Notes: a model not told the origin generated them from the letters alone. 61,643 bases of DNA from Patescibacteria group bacterium (GCA_943356485.1 CALRFD010000003.1:101815-163457); one strand, 5' to 3'; positions 10,904 through 21,215 are shown, numbered from the stretch's first letter. Translations and numbers: made by a program.

Positions 10904-11026
10904 GTATTTATTCAGTGTTTCCCAGCAGGTGTCATTCTGGAGCGAAGCGAGAGAATCTAAAAAGATCCTATCAGTCGGCTTTCAGCCTCCTTCCAGGATG
11001 ACTACTGGGAAAGACTGAATACTTAC
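10904..11026. mobile_element. 123-bp MITE-like element, copy 1
   Basis: Identical over 10908..11026 to 51809..51927. About 27-bp imperfect terminal inverted repeats (GTAtTTATTCAGTGTTTCCCAG.. / ..CTGGGAAAGACTGAATACTTAC). Flanked by a perfect 8-bp direct repeat GTAATTTT (10896..10903 and 11027..11034). Confidence 0.75.
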
Positions 11027-11062
11027 GTAATTTTACAAATAAGCAAATCCAAAGATAGTAGC

Positions 11063-11776
11063 CTAAATCATTTTTGTTAGCTTTAACTTATAGTAATTTA
11101 CTTTCAATTTAGGCATCTGCTCTACCTCAATAACGTCTATTTCTACATCAGGAAAGCTTTGTAAAAATTCCAGTCTGTCTTGTGATACATAGTTTAAATA
11201 ACCAACTCCATTCTTTTTTAAAATACTATGAAGGCTAGTAAGGTATTGCTTAGATTTTTCCTCATCCTCCAAATAGGCATTAGCGCCAAATGTATCAAAG
11301 AAAACATCTACTGAATTATCACGTATTGGTAGATGTGGGGCAAATGCTACAATTGCTCCAGGAACTTCCGTTGCTTTAGAAATTCTTCTTTTTTGAAACT
11401 CCGCATGATTAAGGGGGATTTTGTATTTACTATCTTGAGTTTTTGGCTTATCACTACTTTTATAAAGCAACTCATCACTATAATCCTCTATGTACCATCC
11501 ATCCGGATCACGCTCAAAATTTATCGAAAGGGTAGGATCTATAGATACAAAACGAATATCCTCCCGAGCTTGCTTGATTTGTTTCTCAAAAGTACGATAA
11601 ATGCCGCTTCCGACATTCAAAACAATGGCACCTTTTGGTAAATTGCCAATCCAGGAATCGTCTAAGTGAAAAATCTTGGAATAAGATTCAACGCCTGCCC
11701 TCGGATCTTCTACAAAGGGTCTATCCGTTACTCTAAATTCATCTACTTCTTTAAGAGAAGATAGTTTACCTTCCAT
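11063..11776 (-). CDS. hypothetical protein (weak SAM-methyltransferase-like glycine motif)
   Basis: ORF track 11063..11818. VLNVGSGIY resembles MTase motif I, but nothing else was recognised. Confidence 0.3.
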   Translation of the reverse strand: MEGKLSSLKEVDEFRVTDRPFVEDPRAGVESYSKIFHLDDSWIGNLPKGAIVLNVGSGIYRTFEKQIKQAREDIRFVSIDPTLSINFERDPDGWYIEDYSDELLYKSSDKPKTQDSKYKIPLNHAEFQKRRISKATEVPGAIVAFAPHLPIRDNSVDVFFDTFGANAYLEDEEKSKQYLTSLHSILKKNGVGYLNYVSQDRLEFLQSFPDVEIDVIEVEQMPKLKVNYYKLKLTKMI

Positions 11777-11844
11777 ATTTATAATAATATACCTTTCTTG
11801 AATGAGTTTGCAAACCAACCAGCATTGATTTAAACTGACTTACG

Positions 11845-12345
11845 ATGATTATTTTAGGTATTGACCCTGGAATTGGCAGGGTTGGGTGGGGGATAATTAA
11901 AGACGAATCCGGCAAGCAGGAAGCTGTTGATTATGGTTGTTTCGAGACTCTACCAAATTCAAACTTAGATGAGCGGCTGGCCAGGATTTATGATTTTATC
12001 GTTTTGCTTATCAAAAAATTTAACCCTGACGTCTTAGCTATTGAACAGCTGTATTTTGCTGCTAATTCCAAAACTGCTTTAATCGTTGGACAAGCCAGGG
12101 GGGTAATACTTCTGGCAGCTTCAAAGTCTAATCTTCCAACAGAATCCTATACCCCGCTACAAGTAAAACAAGCCTTAACCGGCTACGGTAGAGCCGATAA
12201 AAATCAGATACAAAATATGGTCAAATCAATACTGCGTTTATCTAAGAAGCTCACTCAGGACGACAGTGCCGATGCGCTGGCTATTGCCATAACACACGCC
12301 TTTTCGTATAAAATACGTAAGGTATCTGAGTATAAGTTAAAATAA
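11845..12345 (+). CDS. ruvC: crossover junction endodeoxyribonuclease RuvC
   Basis: MIILGIDPGIGRVGWGII ... DDSADALAIAITH. Confidence 0.9.
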   Translation: MIILGIDPGIGRVGWGIIKDESGKQEAVDYGCFETLPNSNLDERLARIYDFIVLLIKKFNPDVLAIEQLYFAANSKTALIVGQARGVILLAASKSNLPTESYTPLQVKQALTGYGRADKNQIQNMVKSILRLSKKLTQDDSADALAIAITHAFSYKIRKVSEYKLK

Positions 12346-12349
12346 TAAA

Positions 12350-12931
12350 ATGATTGGTTTTCTATCCGGCACAATACATTCAAAACAACTTGGACAGATT
12401 ATTCTACTTACTGGCGGTGTTGGCTATTTAGTGACTCCTCCGCCAAACTATTTAAATTTACTTAAATCATCAGATAAGATTGAGTTATTTATCTATACTC
12501 ATGTCCGGGAAGATGCTCTTGACCTATATGGATTTTCTACTCATGATGAATTAGCGCTTTTTAAACTGGTGTTAAGCGTTTCTGGTATTGGTCCAAAAAC
12601 TGCGCTTTTGGTGCTTGATAAAGGGGTAGAAAAAGTTGAGCAAGCTATTAAGAACGCTGACACTGATTTTTTTACTACTGTCCCCAGACTAGGACATAAG
12701 AACGCCCAAAAGATTATCATTGAGCTTAAAAATCGGCTTGGTGGGTTAAAGGAACTGGATCTGTCTTCAGAAAGCGAAGAAAATACTCAAGCGATTGAGG
12801 CTTTAGTTAACCTGGGGTACAGCAAAAATGAAGCCTTAGAATCAATATCCGCTGTACCAGCCTCCTTAAAAACCCTTGAAGAGAAAATAAGTTATGCCCT
12901 GCGTCAACTTGGTAAGGCAAAATTGAAATAA
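12350..12931 (+). CDS. ruvA: Holliday junction DNA helicase RuvA
   Basis: MIGFLSGTI..., [11 protein letters not shown] HhH motif; located between ruvC and ruvB. Confidence 0.85.
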   Translation: MIGFLSGTIHSKQLGQIILLTGGVGYLVTPPPNYLNLLKSSDKIELFIYTHVREDALDLYGFSTHDELALFKLVLSVSGIGPKTALLVLDKGVEKVEQAIKNADTDFFTTVPRLGHKNAQKIIIELKNRLGGLKELDLSSESEENTQAIEALVNLGYSKNEALESISAVPASLKTLEEKISYALRQLGKAKLK

Positions 12932-13959
12932 TGACTAAAACTAAACCTGATCTAAAAATACCCGAAGTTTTGGAGGTTGAGGAAGAAAAGCTTTTTAACT
13001 CGCTTCGGGCTAGCGATTGGGAAGAATTTGTCGGCCAGGAGAAGATTAAGCAGTCCCTTAATATCGCAATCACTGCGTCCAGAAAAAGAGCCGAGGCAAT
13101 GGAGCATACCTTACTTTATGGCCCTCCCGGGCTTGGTAAAACCACACTAACTCATCTAATAGCAAAAGGAATGGGCAATAATATTAGAGTCACCTCCGGC
13201 CCGGCTATTGAAAGAGCCGGTGATTTAGCTGCTATTTTAACCAGCCTGGAACCTCATGATATTTTATTTATTGATGAAATTCATCGCTTAAGCAAGGTGG
13301 TTGAGGAAACCCTTTACCCGGCAATGGAGGATTTTGCCCTGGATATGGTGATCGGCAAAGGCCCATCAGCCAGAACCCTCAGGTTAGAACTGCCACAAAT
13401 TACAATTATTGGTGCTACAACCAGAATTGGCATGATCTCCTCACCGCTGAGGGATCGTTTTGGAGTAATACATAGACTATCTTTCTATGTCCCCGGTGAA
13501 CTGGCTAAAATTATCAAACGGGCAGCGCAAAAACTCAAGATCTCTATCGATCAGGAAGAGATTTCGGAGCTAGCAAAAAGAGCCCGGGGCACACCCAGGA
13601 TTGCCCTGAAGCTTTTAAAACGAGTGCGTGATGTAACTGAGGTTCATGGGCAGGGAAGGGTTACAAAGGAACTTCTCGCTCAAACTCTGGACTTACTTGA
13701 AGTTGATCCGCTAGGTTTGGACGATTCAGACAGGAGGCTGCTTTTAACTATAATTGATAAATTTAATGGCGGACCGGTTGGAATAGAAACTCTGGCAGCT
13801 ACTATCTCTGAGGATATTGGCACTATCGAAGAAGTGATTGAACCATATCTTATGCAGGTAGGTTTTCTAAAGCGCACGCCTCGGGGTAGAGTAGTTACCA
13901 GATCAGCTTATATACATCTAGGTAAGCCTATACCTGCAGAAAGAGAGGAGGATCAATAA
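12931..13959 (+). CDS. ruvB: Holliday junction DNA helicase RuvB
   Basis: [34 protein letters not shown]. Confidence 0.95.
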   Translation: MTKTKPDLKIPEVLEVEEEKLFNSLRASDWEEFVGQEKIKQSLNIAITASRKRAEAMEHTLLYGPPGLGKTTLTHLIAKGMGNNIRVTSGPAIERAGDLAAILTSLEPHDILFIDEIHRLSKVVEETLYPAMEDFALDMVIGKGPSARTLRLELPQITIIGATTRIGMISSPLRDRFGVIHRLSFYVPGELAKIIKRAAQKLKISIDQEEISELAKRARGTPRIALKLLKRVRDVTEVHGQGRVTKELLAQTLDLLEVDPLGLDDSDRRLLLTIIDKFNGGPVGIETLAATISEDIGTIEEVIEPYLMQVGFLKRTPRGRVVTRSAYIHLGKPIPAEREEDQ

Positions 13960-13963
13960 ATCT

Positions 13964-15256
13964 ATGCAAGATGAAATAGGTAATAAATTAGGACGAATTA
14001 TAGAAAATCAGCCAAAAATACCAGAAGAAGTCAGAGCCAGACTCTTTCCAGGATATTTGATGTTTGAATCGAGCGGAGGATTTATTGGTTCAAATGAGGA
14101 TCCTGATGAAGTCATAAAGAACGATCTTGAGCTATTAGCAGCTGTTAATATAACTCCTGAGGAGATTGCCGCAGCTCTTGAAGATGCCCAAAAATCTTAT
14201 GGAGTCCACAGAACTGTTTATAATGGTGTGCAGGACTGTCCTTTTGCAGATGGGCCAGCATCTGATACCAGCTATCTAAAATTAGACGGGAAAAAGGGAA
14301 TTGGCTGGTCAGGACTTCACCCCCATTTGATCAGAGCTCATCATTTTTTTGAAGGGAAGGGAGTCTCTCATCGGCTAGAACCAATAGAAGCTATTCTAAT
14401 GCTGGGAATAAAATCACCAACTCATTCTGTCTCTGAACTTGAAAATATTCATAAGCAAATCATGGATGAGGATATTAAAAGCCCATACGAACAGACAAGA
14501 AACCGGGCTTTATCAACATTAGGATTATGGTATCCCAGTGACCCGGACGTAATAAAAAGATTAATGGAACTTGCTAAGTCAGAGGAATTAGAAGATGTTA
14601 TTGCCCCTCTTATTGATATCTGTCTTACTGATAACCCTAGTCTTGAACCGGTTAAATCTGTCCTGGCCGGTAGAATAAATGAATTTAAGCCGGGATCAGT
14701 TGAATGGAAATTTCTAAGAGATTTTAATCCTCCCTCAGACGGTAACAAAATAATCGGATATTACTGGTCTGATTATATCAATTTTCCGGAGACACAAAGG
14801 CGGTGCGAAAACGGAAAATTAAGCATATGTTTAGATTTTATATCCAAGTTTTCCATAAATCCTCAAAAAATTGCCGAATTAGGAGCTCCTTTTTATATCG
14901 AACAATATCCTGCTAAAAACCCTACTGAGGTAATTGAGTTTATAGCTAGAAGACTAACCGAAAGCGATAGACCATATAGGCCATATAAGGATGACCTACC
15001 GTATTTGAAACACCCAAAAAACAATGAGGAGGAGCAAAAAAGAATCAACTATTGGACTTTTATAGCTTATATGGATGCCCAAACACTTTACCCCGCATCC
15101 TTAAAGTCTTCTTTATTTGAACTAATTAAATCATTAGATAGTGTGGGCAGAAAAGTCGAGGCATTAGAGTATGTGCCATATTTAATCAGGTTATATGAAG
15201 CAGACGAGTATAAAGAAAAATATCAGGACAACTTAGACTATCTTCGCTCATTATAG
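13964..15256 (+). CDS. hypothetical protein
   Basis: Long ORF 5 nt downstream of ruvB; no recognisable motif. Confidence 0.4.
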   Translation: MQDEIGNKLGRIIENQPKIPEEVRARLFPGYLMFESSGGFIGSNEDPDEVIKNDLELLAAVNITPEEIAAALEDAQKSYGVHRTVYNGVQDCPFADGPASDTSYLKLDGKKGIGWSGLHPHLIRAHHFFEGKGVSHRLEPIEAILMLGIKSPTHSVSELENIHKQIMDEDIKSPYEQTRNRALSTLGLWYPSDPDVIKRLMELAKSEELEDVIAPLIDICLTDNPSLEPVKSVLAGRINEFKPGSVEWKFLRDFNPPSDGNKIIGYYWSDYINFPETQRRCENGKLSICLDFISKFSINPQKIAELGAPFYIEQYPAKNPTEVIEFIARRLTESDRPYRPYKDDLPYLKHPKNNEEEQKRINYWTFIAYMDAQTLYPASLKSSLFELIKSLDSVGRKVEALEYVPYLIRLYEADEYKEKYQDNLDYLRSL

Positions 15257-15348
15257 TTTTACTTATCTTTAAATTAATTAAGTATGTATTAGTTTGATAC
15301 TTGTTTAATTATTGAAAATAATAAACTAATCGGTATATACTTTAAGCG

Positions 15349-15636
15349 ATGAATGATACCCAAAAAATGCTCCAGGATATTATTAATGGACAAAGTACCA
15401 TTAAACAGGAACTATTAAGTAAAATCGACGAAGTCGATAAAAAAGTAGACAGACTTGATGCGAAGGTAGCAGGACTGGATGGAAAAATAGATAAAGTCGA
15501 GAAAAGGTTGACACAAAGACTGGATAAAATTGGCAGTCAGCTTGCGTACTTAGAGGATGATACACCAACAAGAGAAGAATACGACGACTTAGAAAAAAGA
15601 GTGGATAAAATAGAAAAGTATACTGTAGCTACTTAA
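15349..15636 (+). CDS. hypothetical coiled-coil protein
   Basis: 95-aa ORF with repeating KxDxxDxKV heptads. Confidence 0.35.
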   Translation: MNDTQKMLQDIINGQSTIKQELLSKIDEVDKKVDRLDAKVAGLDGKIDKVEKRLTQRLDKIGSQLAYLEDDTPTREEYDDLEKRVDKIEKYTVAT

Positions 15637-15757
15637 TCTTATCTATCATTTGACCTAAGGATAATAACTCCCCCTGAACTTCCAGAATTTTTTCCATGGC
15701 AGTTTCACCTTCAAACTGAACTTGTTATTACATAATTTTTTTGCTAGAATCCACCAC

Positions 15758-17182
15758 ATGGCTAAGCCTGAACAAAAGGTATCAACTCTTAGGAAAAGAA
15801 GATCTTTGATCGCTGGTTTGGGTATGCTGGCTGGAGTGCTTGCTGCTGATGCCGGAGGGATAGATGCCTACAGACTATTTAGAGAGCAAGATGCCTACGC
15901 TGAGTATCTAAATACATTCTTCCCTCAAGTATCAGAAGAAGAAGTAAAGACAGCACAGGATAAGCTCCTTGAGGCTAGAAACCAGTTGAAGTCTTTAGCT
16001 ATGAAAGATCAATTTGAAGAGATGATCCAGCTCATGGATTCCCCGGATGTAAGAAAAGCCTCTGATATAAACAGAAAAAATAAAGATATACTTGCGGTAA
16101 GAATTGATTCTCTCCAGTCAAAAACCCATGGGGAAGTGAGGCATTTTCTGGATATATTTTCTATGGCATTTGGAGGAGCCGGAGCTTTTTTTAGTACAAT
16201 ATATTTGGATAATTTATTGAAAAAACCGGTTTTAGATAGAGCAAACGATACTGAGAATCAGAGCTTAGGGATAAAAGATCAGAAATTTAGAAAAATAGCT
16301 CCACTTTTTCATCCTGAATGGGAAACAAAGCCTCCTTCTTTGGAAGATTTTAAGAGATTTTCTAATGCAGTATCCTATCTGCCGCCGGTTGGCGGAAAAA
16401 TCCCGGTAGTCCTTGGAGGAAAACCTATATTTCAGTTACGACCGACACTGACGGCAGAGGAGCAGGTTCAAGAAGTAACGAGACTAAAAGAAGAAGGAAG
16501 CCTGGGTACAGCTTATATTCATCAGTTAACTGTTCAAGGACGATTACCAGATATTTTTAAATATGTTGCTATAGCTCTAATATTAGATAGCCCTTATCGA
16601 AATGATTGGAATAAACCTTTTTTTGAAGTTCCCTGGGGCAAAGTAGCACCCCTTATTCATGACGGTGGATTTTCAGAGATAGGTTTAAATCCGAATTGGA
16701 ATTATATTCCCGGAAGAACTGACTTTTTACAAAGAATAGCAAGCGTGCATAGAAGAGGGGAGTTACCCGGGAGTCCGGAGCAGAAAGCAGAAGATGAAAG
16801 ATTATTGCTTGAGGAGAGATCCTATCAAAGACTTGCGCTAACATTACACTGTAAACTTGGTAGTGCACCTTCTCATATTCCTGAAGATATGAAAGAAGGA
16901 TTAGCAGCGCGTTGGGATTTCTTTCAAGGAAGGATGGATAGACTCCTACAAGAATATGGTCTTAAGGATATTTCCCAAACCAGATGGATTAATGAAGTTC
17001 CCCGTAACCTTAGTGGTTTTCCTGGTCACCGATATGAGGCCGATTGGTCGCCAATTCAGCAAGATCTTACCAGATTAGAAGATACCCGTTGGCACCATAC
17101 AGAGATGAGAGAACAAGCTAATTTTATATTAAAAGAAGAAACAGATCTAATTGATAGGATTATTGGGCTTAAGACAGCTTAA
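15758..17182 (+). CDS. hypothetical membrane-anchored protein
   Basis: ORF track 15722..17182; start taken at MAKPEQ; one N-terminal TM (LIAGLGMLAGVLAA). Confidence 0.4.
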   Translation: MAKPEQKVSTLRKRRSLIAGLGMLAGVLAADAGGIDAYRLFREQDAYAEYLNTFFPQVSEEEVKTAQDKLLEARNQLKSLAMKDQFEEMIQLMDSPDVRKASDINRKNKDILAVRIDSLQSKTHGEVRHFLDIFSMAFGGAGAFFSTIYLDNLLKKPVLDRANDTENQSLGIKDQKFRKIAPLFHPEWETKPPSLEDFKRFSNAVSYLPPVGGKIPVVLGGKPIFQLRPTLTAEEQVQEVTRLKEEGSLGTAYIHQLTVQGRLPDIFKYVAIALILDSPYRNDWNKPFFEVPWGKVAPLIHDGGFSEIGLNPNWNYIPGRTDFLQRIASVHRRGELPGSPEQKAEDERLLLEERSYQRLALTLHCKLGSAPSHIPEDMKEGLAARWDFFQGRMDRLLQEYGLKDISQTRWINEVPRNLSGFPGHRYEADWSPIQQDLTRLEDTRWHHTEMREQANFILKEETDLIDRIIGLKTA

Positions 17183-17212
17183 GTGAGACCGAAAAAAGTC
17201 CATTCATTCAGA

Positions 17213-19105
17213 TTAGAACTCAAGCGCTTTCTCCGCTTCTAGCATTTTATATATCTCCACTAATGGTAACGGAGAATCCCAAAACTCTTTGTCTGTTGGA
17301 AACTTCTTACGGAACTCCTGATCCAATCCAGCTTTCTTCCAGATATCAGCAGCATTCTTATTATCTCTTTGAAACTGCTCATATAGTGTTAACTCGCTTC
17401 CCGCCCTAATATCACCAGGATTACGGATAGTATTTAATGGTTTTGTTATAGTCTCTAAATCACGCTGAAGGAGATCCCTATTCCATTTCATTTCAAAAGC
17501 AAGCGAGCTAGCCTTACGAAAACTTGTTAATGCTTCCTGCCTGTCATAGCGAGGCTTAAAACCTCGTTTCATCATTGTTAGTATACGATAAGCCTCCTGT
17601 TGTTTTACATTAAGCTCCATGTCCTGTTGTTCAAAAATTAACTTGACTTCCGGGTGAGCTCTGATAACATCCTCTATTGACTGTGGACCATCTTCAGTAA
17701 ATTTATAACCGAATCTTTGAGTCAAGTAGTCCATAATTGAAGGTTGTCTAAGAATTTCTAAAGCAGTAGCTAATCTATTGTTATCTGTAGTTAAGTATTC
17801 TTGTAGGCTTCTAAAAATTTCTGATTCTCGGTCTTTCTTTACATCAGGGGTAATGTTTCGAACAGATTCAGCTAACATTTGGTCTAGGCCCTCTTCATGG
17901 GCTCTTTCACTTTTAATTATAAGCCAGCGGCCTATGGCATAACTAGCATAAAATCTTGGGAGTTCAATAAGTTGAAAGGGCTCAGGATTTTGAGCCATAA
18001 ACTCCTTTATTTCTTCAGGTGACATACCCTGAAGCATTTCTGCTAATACAGAAGCAGAAATAGGTTCGTCTTCAGGAACAGGTTTTAAACTGGGTGCTTG
18101 TATCTCAACTGCTAATTTCAAGTCTTCAGGACTATACCTATGCCTTCTTACTTGTTTTTGCGCCCATTCAGAAGCACCACTTAATGTAACACCCAATCTT
18201 TCTCTTAAATCTAAATCTGCATCAACTATATTAAGCCATCCTTCCAATTTTCTCTTTTTGTCCTCAAAGGCTTGTGTTGCTTCAGGTTGTAAAGTCTGAG
18301 CCTGTAGTGAATATTCAAGCCTTGCTAAATTATGAGTTACGATACCTCTATAAAGCCTTATCGCTGAATTGCCATATCCATACCAGTGATCAGAATAGGT
18401 TTTCATAAGTATGTTCAAAGTGTGTTCAATTAAACCAAAACGGAAAGCATCTCCTCTTTCTGGATTCAAGTGAGTACCATAGGAAACTTGAGGAAGCTTT
18501 TCATAAAGTGAACTAAAAAACTCCGCGGAATTTATTTCTTCACCGTCAATGTATGCAACTGAACCAATAGCTACGCCTTCAGGTTGCATACGGAATTGCC
18601 AGCCATTCTTATCTTTAATAACTTGGTCTACCGCGCCTCTTAAACCTACATCATCGTTATATTCCAAAACGTTCACCTCTGGTGGCAGCTTTGACACATC
18701 TGTACCTTTGGGGACAAGTAAAATATCCTCAGGAGTTAGACGATAGTCACCAAGAACAAATGTATCATTAGGGAAAATATTGATAAGTTGTCCCTCCAAG
18801 CTTTTAATTGGAGTAACTATGGCGTATGGATTTTCATCCCAACTAAAACCATGATGCTCTTTAACAATCTCGCCTAATGAAAAATGTATTGTCGGTCTAA
18901 AAGAGGGGGGTTCATCGTCCCATTTCCCACCATAAGAGGTATCTCTTGCTCCTGCTTTAAGGACACCATTCTTCGGCAGTATTGGGGTTGAATGAACTGC
19001 GAATACTTTCGACTCAATCTCGCTAATTGGAGGGGGATTTTCTACAGAATAAGGAAATCTACCTTGGCTCTCCTGGGTGAAAGGTGTCTCTGCATTCTCT
19101 GACAT
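17213..19105 (-). CDS. hypothetical protein (630 aa)
   Basis: Long uninterrupted ORF; no recognisable motif; downstream partner of the IS-disrupted gene. Confidence 0.45.
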   Translation of the reverse strand: MSENAETPFTQESQGRFPYSVENPPPISEIESKVFAVHSTPILPKNGVLKAGARDTSYGGKWDDEPPSFRPTIHFSLGEIVKEHHGFSWDENPYAIVTPIKSLEGQLINIFPNDTFVLGDYRLTPEDILLVPKGTDVSKLPPEVNVLEYNDDVGLRGAVDQVIKDKNGWQFRMQPEGVAIGSVAYIDGEEINSAEFFSSLYEKLPQVSYGTHLNPERGDAFRFGLIEHTLNILMKTYSDHWYGYGNSAIRLYRGIVTHNLARLEYSLQAQTLQPEATQAFEDKKRKLEGWLNIVDADLDLRERLGVTLSGASEWAQKQVRRHRYSPEDLKLAVEIQAPSLKPVPEDEPISASVLAEMLQGMSPEEIKEFMAQNPEPFQLIELPRFYASYAIGRWLIIKSERAHEEGLDQMLAESVRNITPDVKKDRESEIFRSLQEYLTTDNNRLATALEILRQPSIMDYLTQRFGYKFTEDGPQSIEDVIRAHPEVKLIFEQQDMELNVKQQEAYRILTMMKRGFKPRYDRQEALTSFRKASSLAFEMKWNRDLLQRDLETITKPLNTIRNPGDIRAGSELTLYEQFQRDNKNAADIWKKAGLDQEFRKKFPTDKEFWDSPLPLVEIYKMLEAEKALEF

Positions 19106-19137
19106 AGTAAATTTATTATATCACTGTAGCCGGTGGT

Positions 19138-19485
19138 CTATCTGCTAACAATAAACATGCCTACAAATTCAGGCTTTCTGGATTCTCTTAATACATCTGC
19201 AGCTTTTTTTGTAGCTAATGCAACCCCAAAAATTACTGCTTCTGTACCTAATATAGATATTGTATCCCTATTTGGATCTACTACTGAGGCTCTTCTTAAT
19301 AACTCTATAGCTAAAGGTGCGAAAACAAATGCTTCTGCGGCAGCCACTGAAATAACGCGATAACCTCGTTCAGCTACACAAGCAATAGTTTTATATACAG
19401 AACCTGGTTCATCAGATCCTTCAAAAAACCTTTCTCCTCTGGAAAGCATAAACACGAATTTAGCATTTCTATAAATCAAAGTCAA
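19138..19485 (-). pseudogene. small gene split by an IS insertion (body); its first 9 codons lie at 20577..20602
   Basis: Removing 19497..20576 plus one copy of the 13-bp duplication restores ATG GCA CAA CAA CAG GAC AAG AAA TTG ACT..., giving MAQQQDKKLTLIYRNAKF... in frame. Confidence 0.6.
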
Positions 19486-19496
19486 TTTCTTGTCCT

Positions 19497-20576
19497 AGTT
19501 CACTACTTTTGAGACAATCTCCTTTCTTGTAAGTACTGGTAAGGTGATAAATATTCGAGTGACTGATGAGGTCTTTTTAGATTGTACCAGATGAGCCATT
19601 CTGTCAGTTTAACTTTAAATTCTTCTGGGTAAAGAAGGTAATCTTCAGCATCAAAGATGAACTCATCTTGTATAGGTCCAGTTAAACCTTTCTACATAGG
19701 CTGTTGATTTAGGGGATTTGGGATAGTTCCAAAGGTGAATTAAGTTTGATTCCTTTACAGCTTCTTCAAAGAACAACTCAAATTCAGAACCATTATCTGT
19801 TTGGATAGTATGTAATTTGTACCAAGATGTTTGGATAATTTCAGTCAAGATTTTAGCTGTATGTTTGCTTTTTAAGGATGGTACTAATTTTACCCAAGCT
19901 TGCTTTGTGACAATATCTACTGCTGTTAAAAAGTAATAATATCTACCTAGGTAGTAAAATTTAACTCCATCTAGCTGGATATATCCAGGTTTTGTATCAG
20001 AGGCTTTAGGAGTACCTTTAACTCTGGTTTTACCTGAGTTAGGTCTAGCTTTTCTTCCTCTTCCTTTACCTGCAAAGAACAGATTGTTTCTTTTAATTAC
20101 TTTCCCAATAGTTGACTGAGCCAATGTTTCAATACCTACCTCTTTGCAAAACTCATCCACAAACCTTTTAATTTTAGCTTTACCCATTCTGGGATACTTC
20201 AGTCTCAAAGATTTAATCAAGGAATATACAGAAGGTGGAGTTTGCATAAATCTAACTTTCTTAGGTTTAGTTGATTTAGGTACCAATGAATTTAGTCTCT
20301 TGCCTGAGCTTTCATATGCTTTCTTCCACCTGTACAAAGTTGCTCTTTTGAGATTTGGGAAAGCCAGTTTAACAGCACTCCATCCTGATGCATAAAATAC
20401 CTCCAGTACATGGAATCTAAATTTAGCCTCATCTGATGAGTCAAACCCCATGATAGTCTCAAGTGTTTGCATGAGGCTAATGTAATCTCTCCTTGAGAAT
20501 TTGGGAAGAGCATAAATTATCTTGTTAAAATCACTTGGCAATTATTTAATTTGTCTCAAATGTATCGTAACTTTTT
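19497..20576 (-). mobile_element. IS481/IS3-like insertion sequence
   Basis: Bounded by a 13-bp direct repeat AATTTCTTGTCCT (19484..19496 and 20577..20589). Imperfect terminal inverted repeats AGTTCACTACTTTTGAGACAA / TTGTCTCAAATGTATCGTAACT. Carries an rve-type DDE transposase. Confidence 0.8.
19503..20541 (-). pseudogene. DDE (rve/integrase-core) transposase, frameshifted
   Basis: ORF 19663..20541 ends ...TDNGSEF...YVERFNWTYTR*. Another frame continues QDEFIFDAEDYL...WLIWYNLKRPHQSLEYLSPYQYL to a stop at 19503. An apparent 1-nt indel lies near 19668..19676. Confidence 0.7.
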
Positions 20577-20595
20577 AATTTCTTGTCCTGTTGTT

Positions 20596-20635
20596 GTGCC
20601 ATGTAACACCCTTCGGGTGGTTTAGGTTCACACCT
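20596..20635. repeat. REP-like UUCG-hairpin element, copy 2
   Basis: GTGCCATGTAACACCCTTCGGGTGGTTTAGGTTCACACC. Its edge overlaps the ATG (20600..20602, minus strand) of the IS-disrupted gene. Confidence 0.6.
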
Positions 20636-20675
20636 ATTCTATTGGTTTGAAATATGGAGATAAAACTTGAATTTG

Positions 20676-20948
20676 CTAAAGCTTTTTTAATAATTCTATA
20701 CTTCCAGTTATTAATGCTTCCTTTTTAGCTCTAGTCCATCCTTTAAGCTGCTTCTCTCTTCTCATAGCTTTTAACTAAGTTGCATAATTCTCCGTATAAA
20801 CTATTTTAAAATCCCCATTATCTTTAGAAAACTTTGATGCTCTAGTTGTTTTGGATAAGTGATCCTTTAATCGTTGTTCTAAATTATTTGTTTGACCAAT
20901 GTATAACCTATTATTAGAGAACCTTAGAATATAAACTGCATAAGACAC
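20676..20948 (-). pseudogene. GIY-YIG domain gene with an in-frame TAG
   Basis: Manual translation: (GTG)SYAVYILRFSNNRLYIGQTNNLEQRLKDH...VYTENYAT*LKAMRREKQLKGWTRAKKEAL. The TAG is at 20775..20777. Confidence 0.6.
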
Positions 20949-21038
20949 ATAAATATTATAATCCTTCGACTCCTTTCAGTCGCTCAGGACATTCGACCTA
21001 ATTATCAACTATCTCTGTTATATAAATCGGCTATAGCC

Positions 21039-21215
21039 ATGAGCGAAGTTCAATTTATTGAACTGAGTCGAATGGCTGGCGAGCTTGCCTCCAGGTGGAA
21101 CCTACATTATCCTTCACTCCTCGGTTCTTATGAAAAACTAAGAAAACTTGGTTTAACCCACCGGATAGAAAACTCTGTCGTTATTGTATCAAAAATAGAG
21201 GAGGAAAATGTTTAG
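21039..21215 (+). CDS. small hypothetical protein (58 aa) overlapping the PLD gene start
   Basis: Manual translation MSEVQFIELSRMAGELASRWNLHYPSLLG...; its stop overlaps the ATG at 21208 by 8 nt. Confidence 0.3.
   Translation: MSEVQFIELSRMAGELASRWNLHYPSLLGSYEKLRKLGLTHRIENSVVIVSKIEEENV

Noticed and set aside
21074-21082. The 9-mer TGGCTGGCG, also present at the recombinase junction (34146) and at 35097; considered as a left att site for element 1.
   Set aside because: Here it lies inside a plausible small ORF (codes ..MAGE..). Nine nucleotides without flanking similarity is too weak, so the left boundary of the recombinase-1 element remains undefined.
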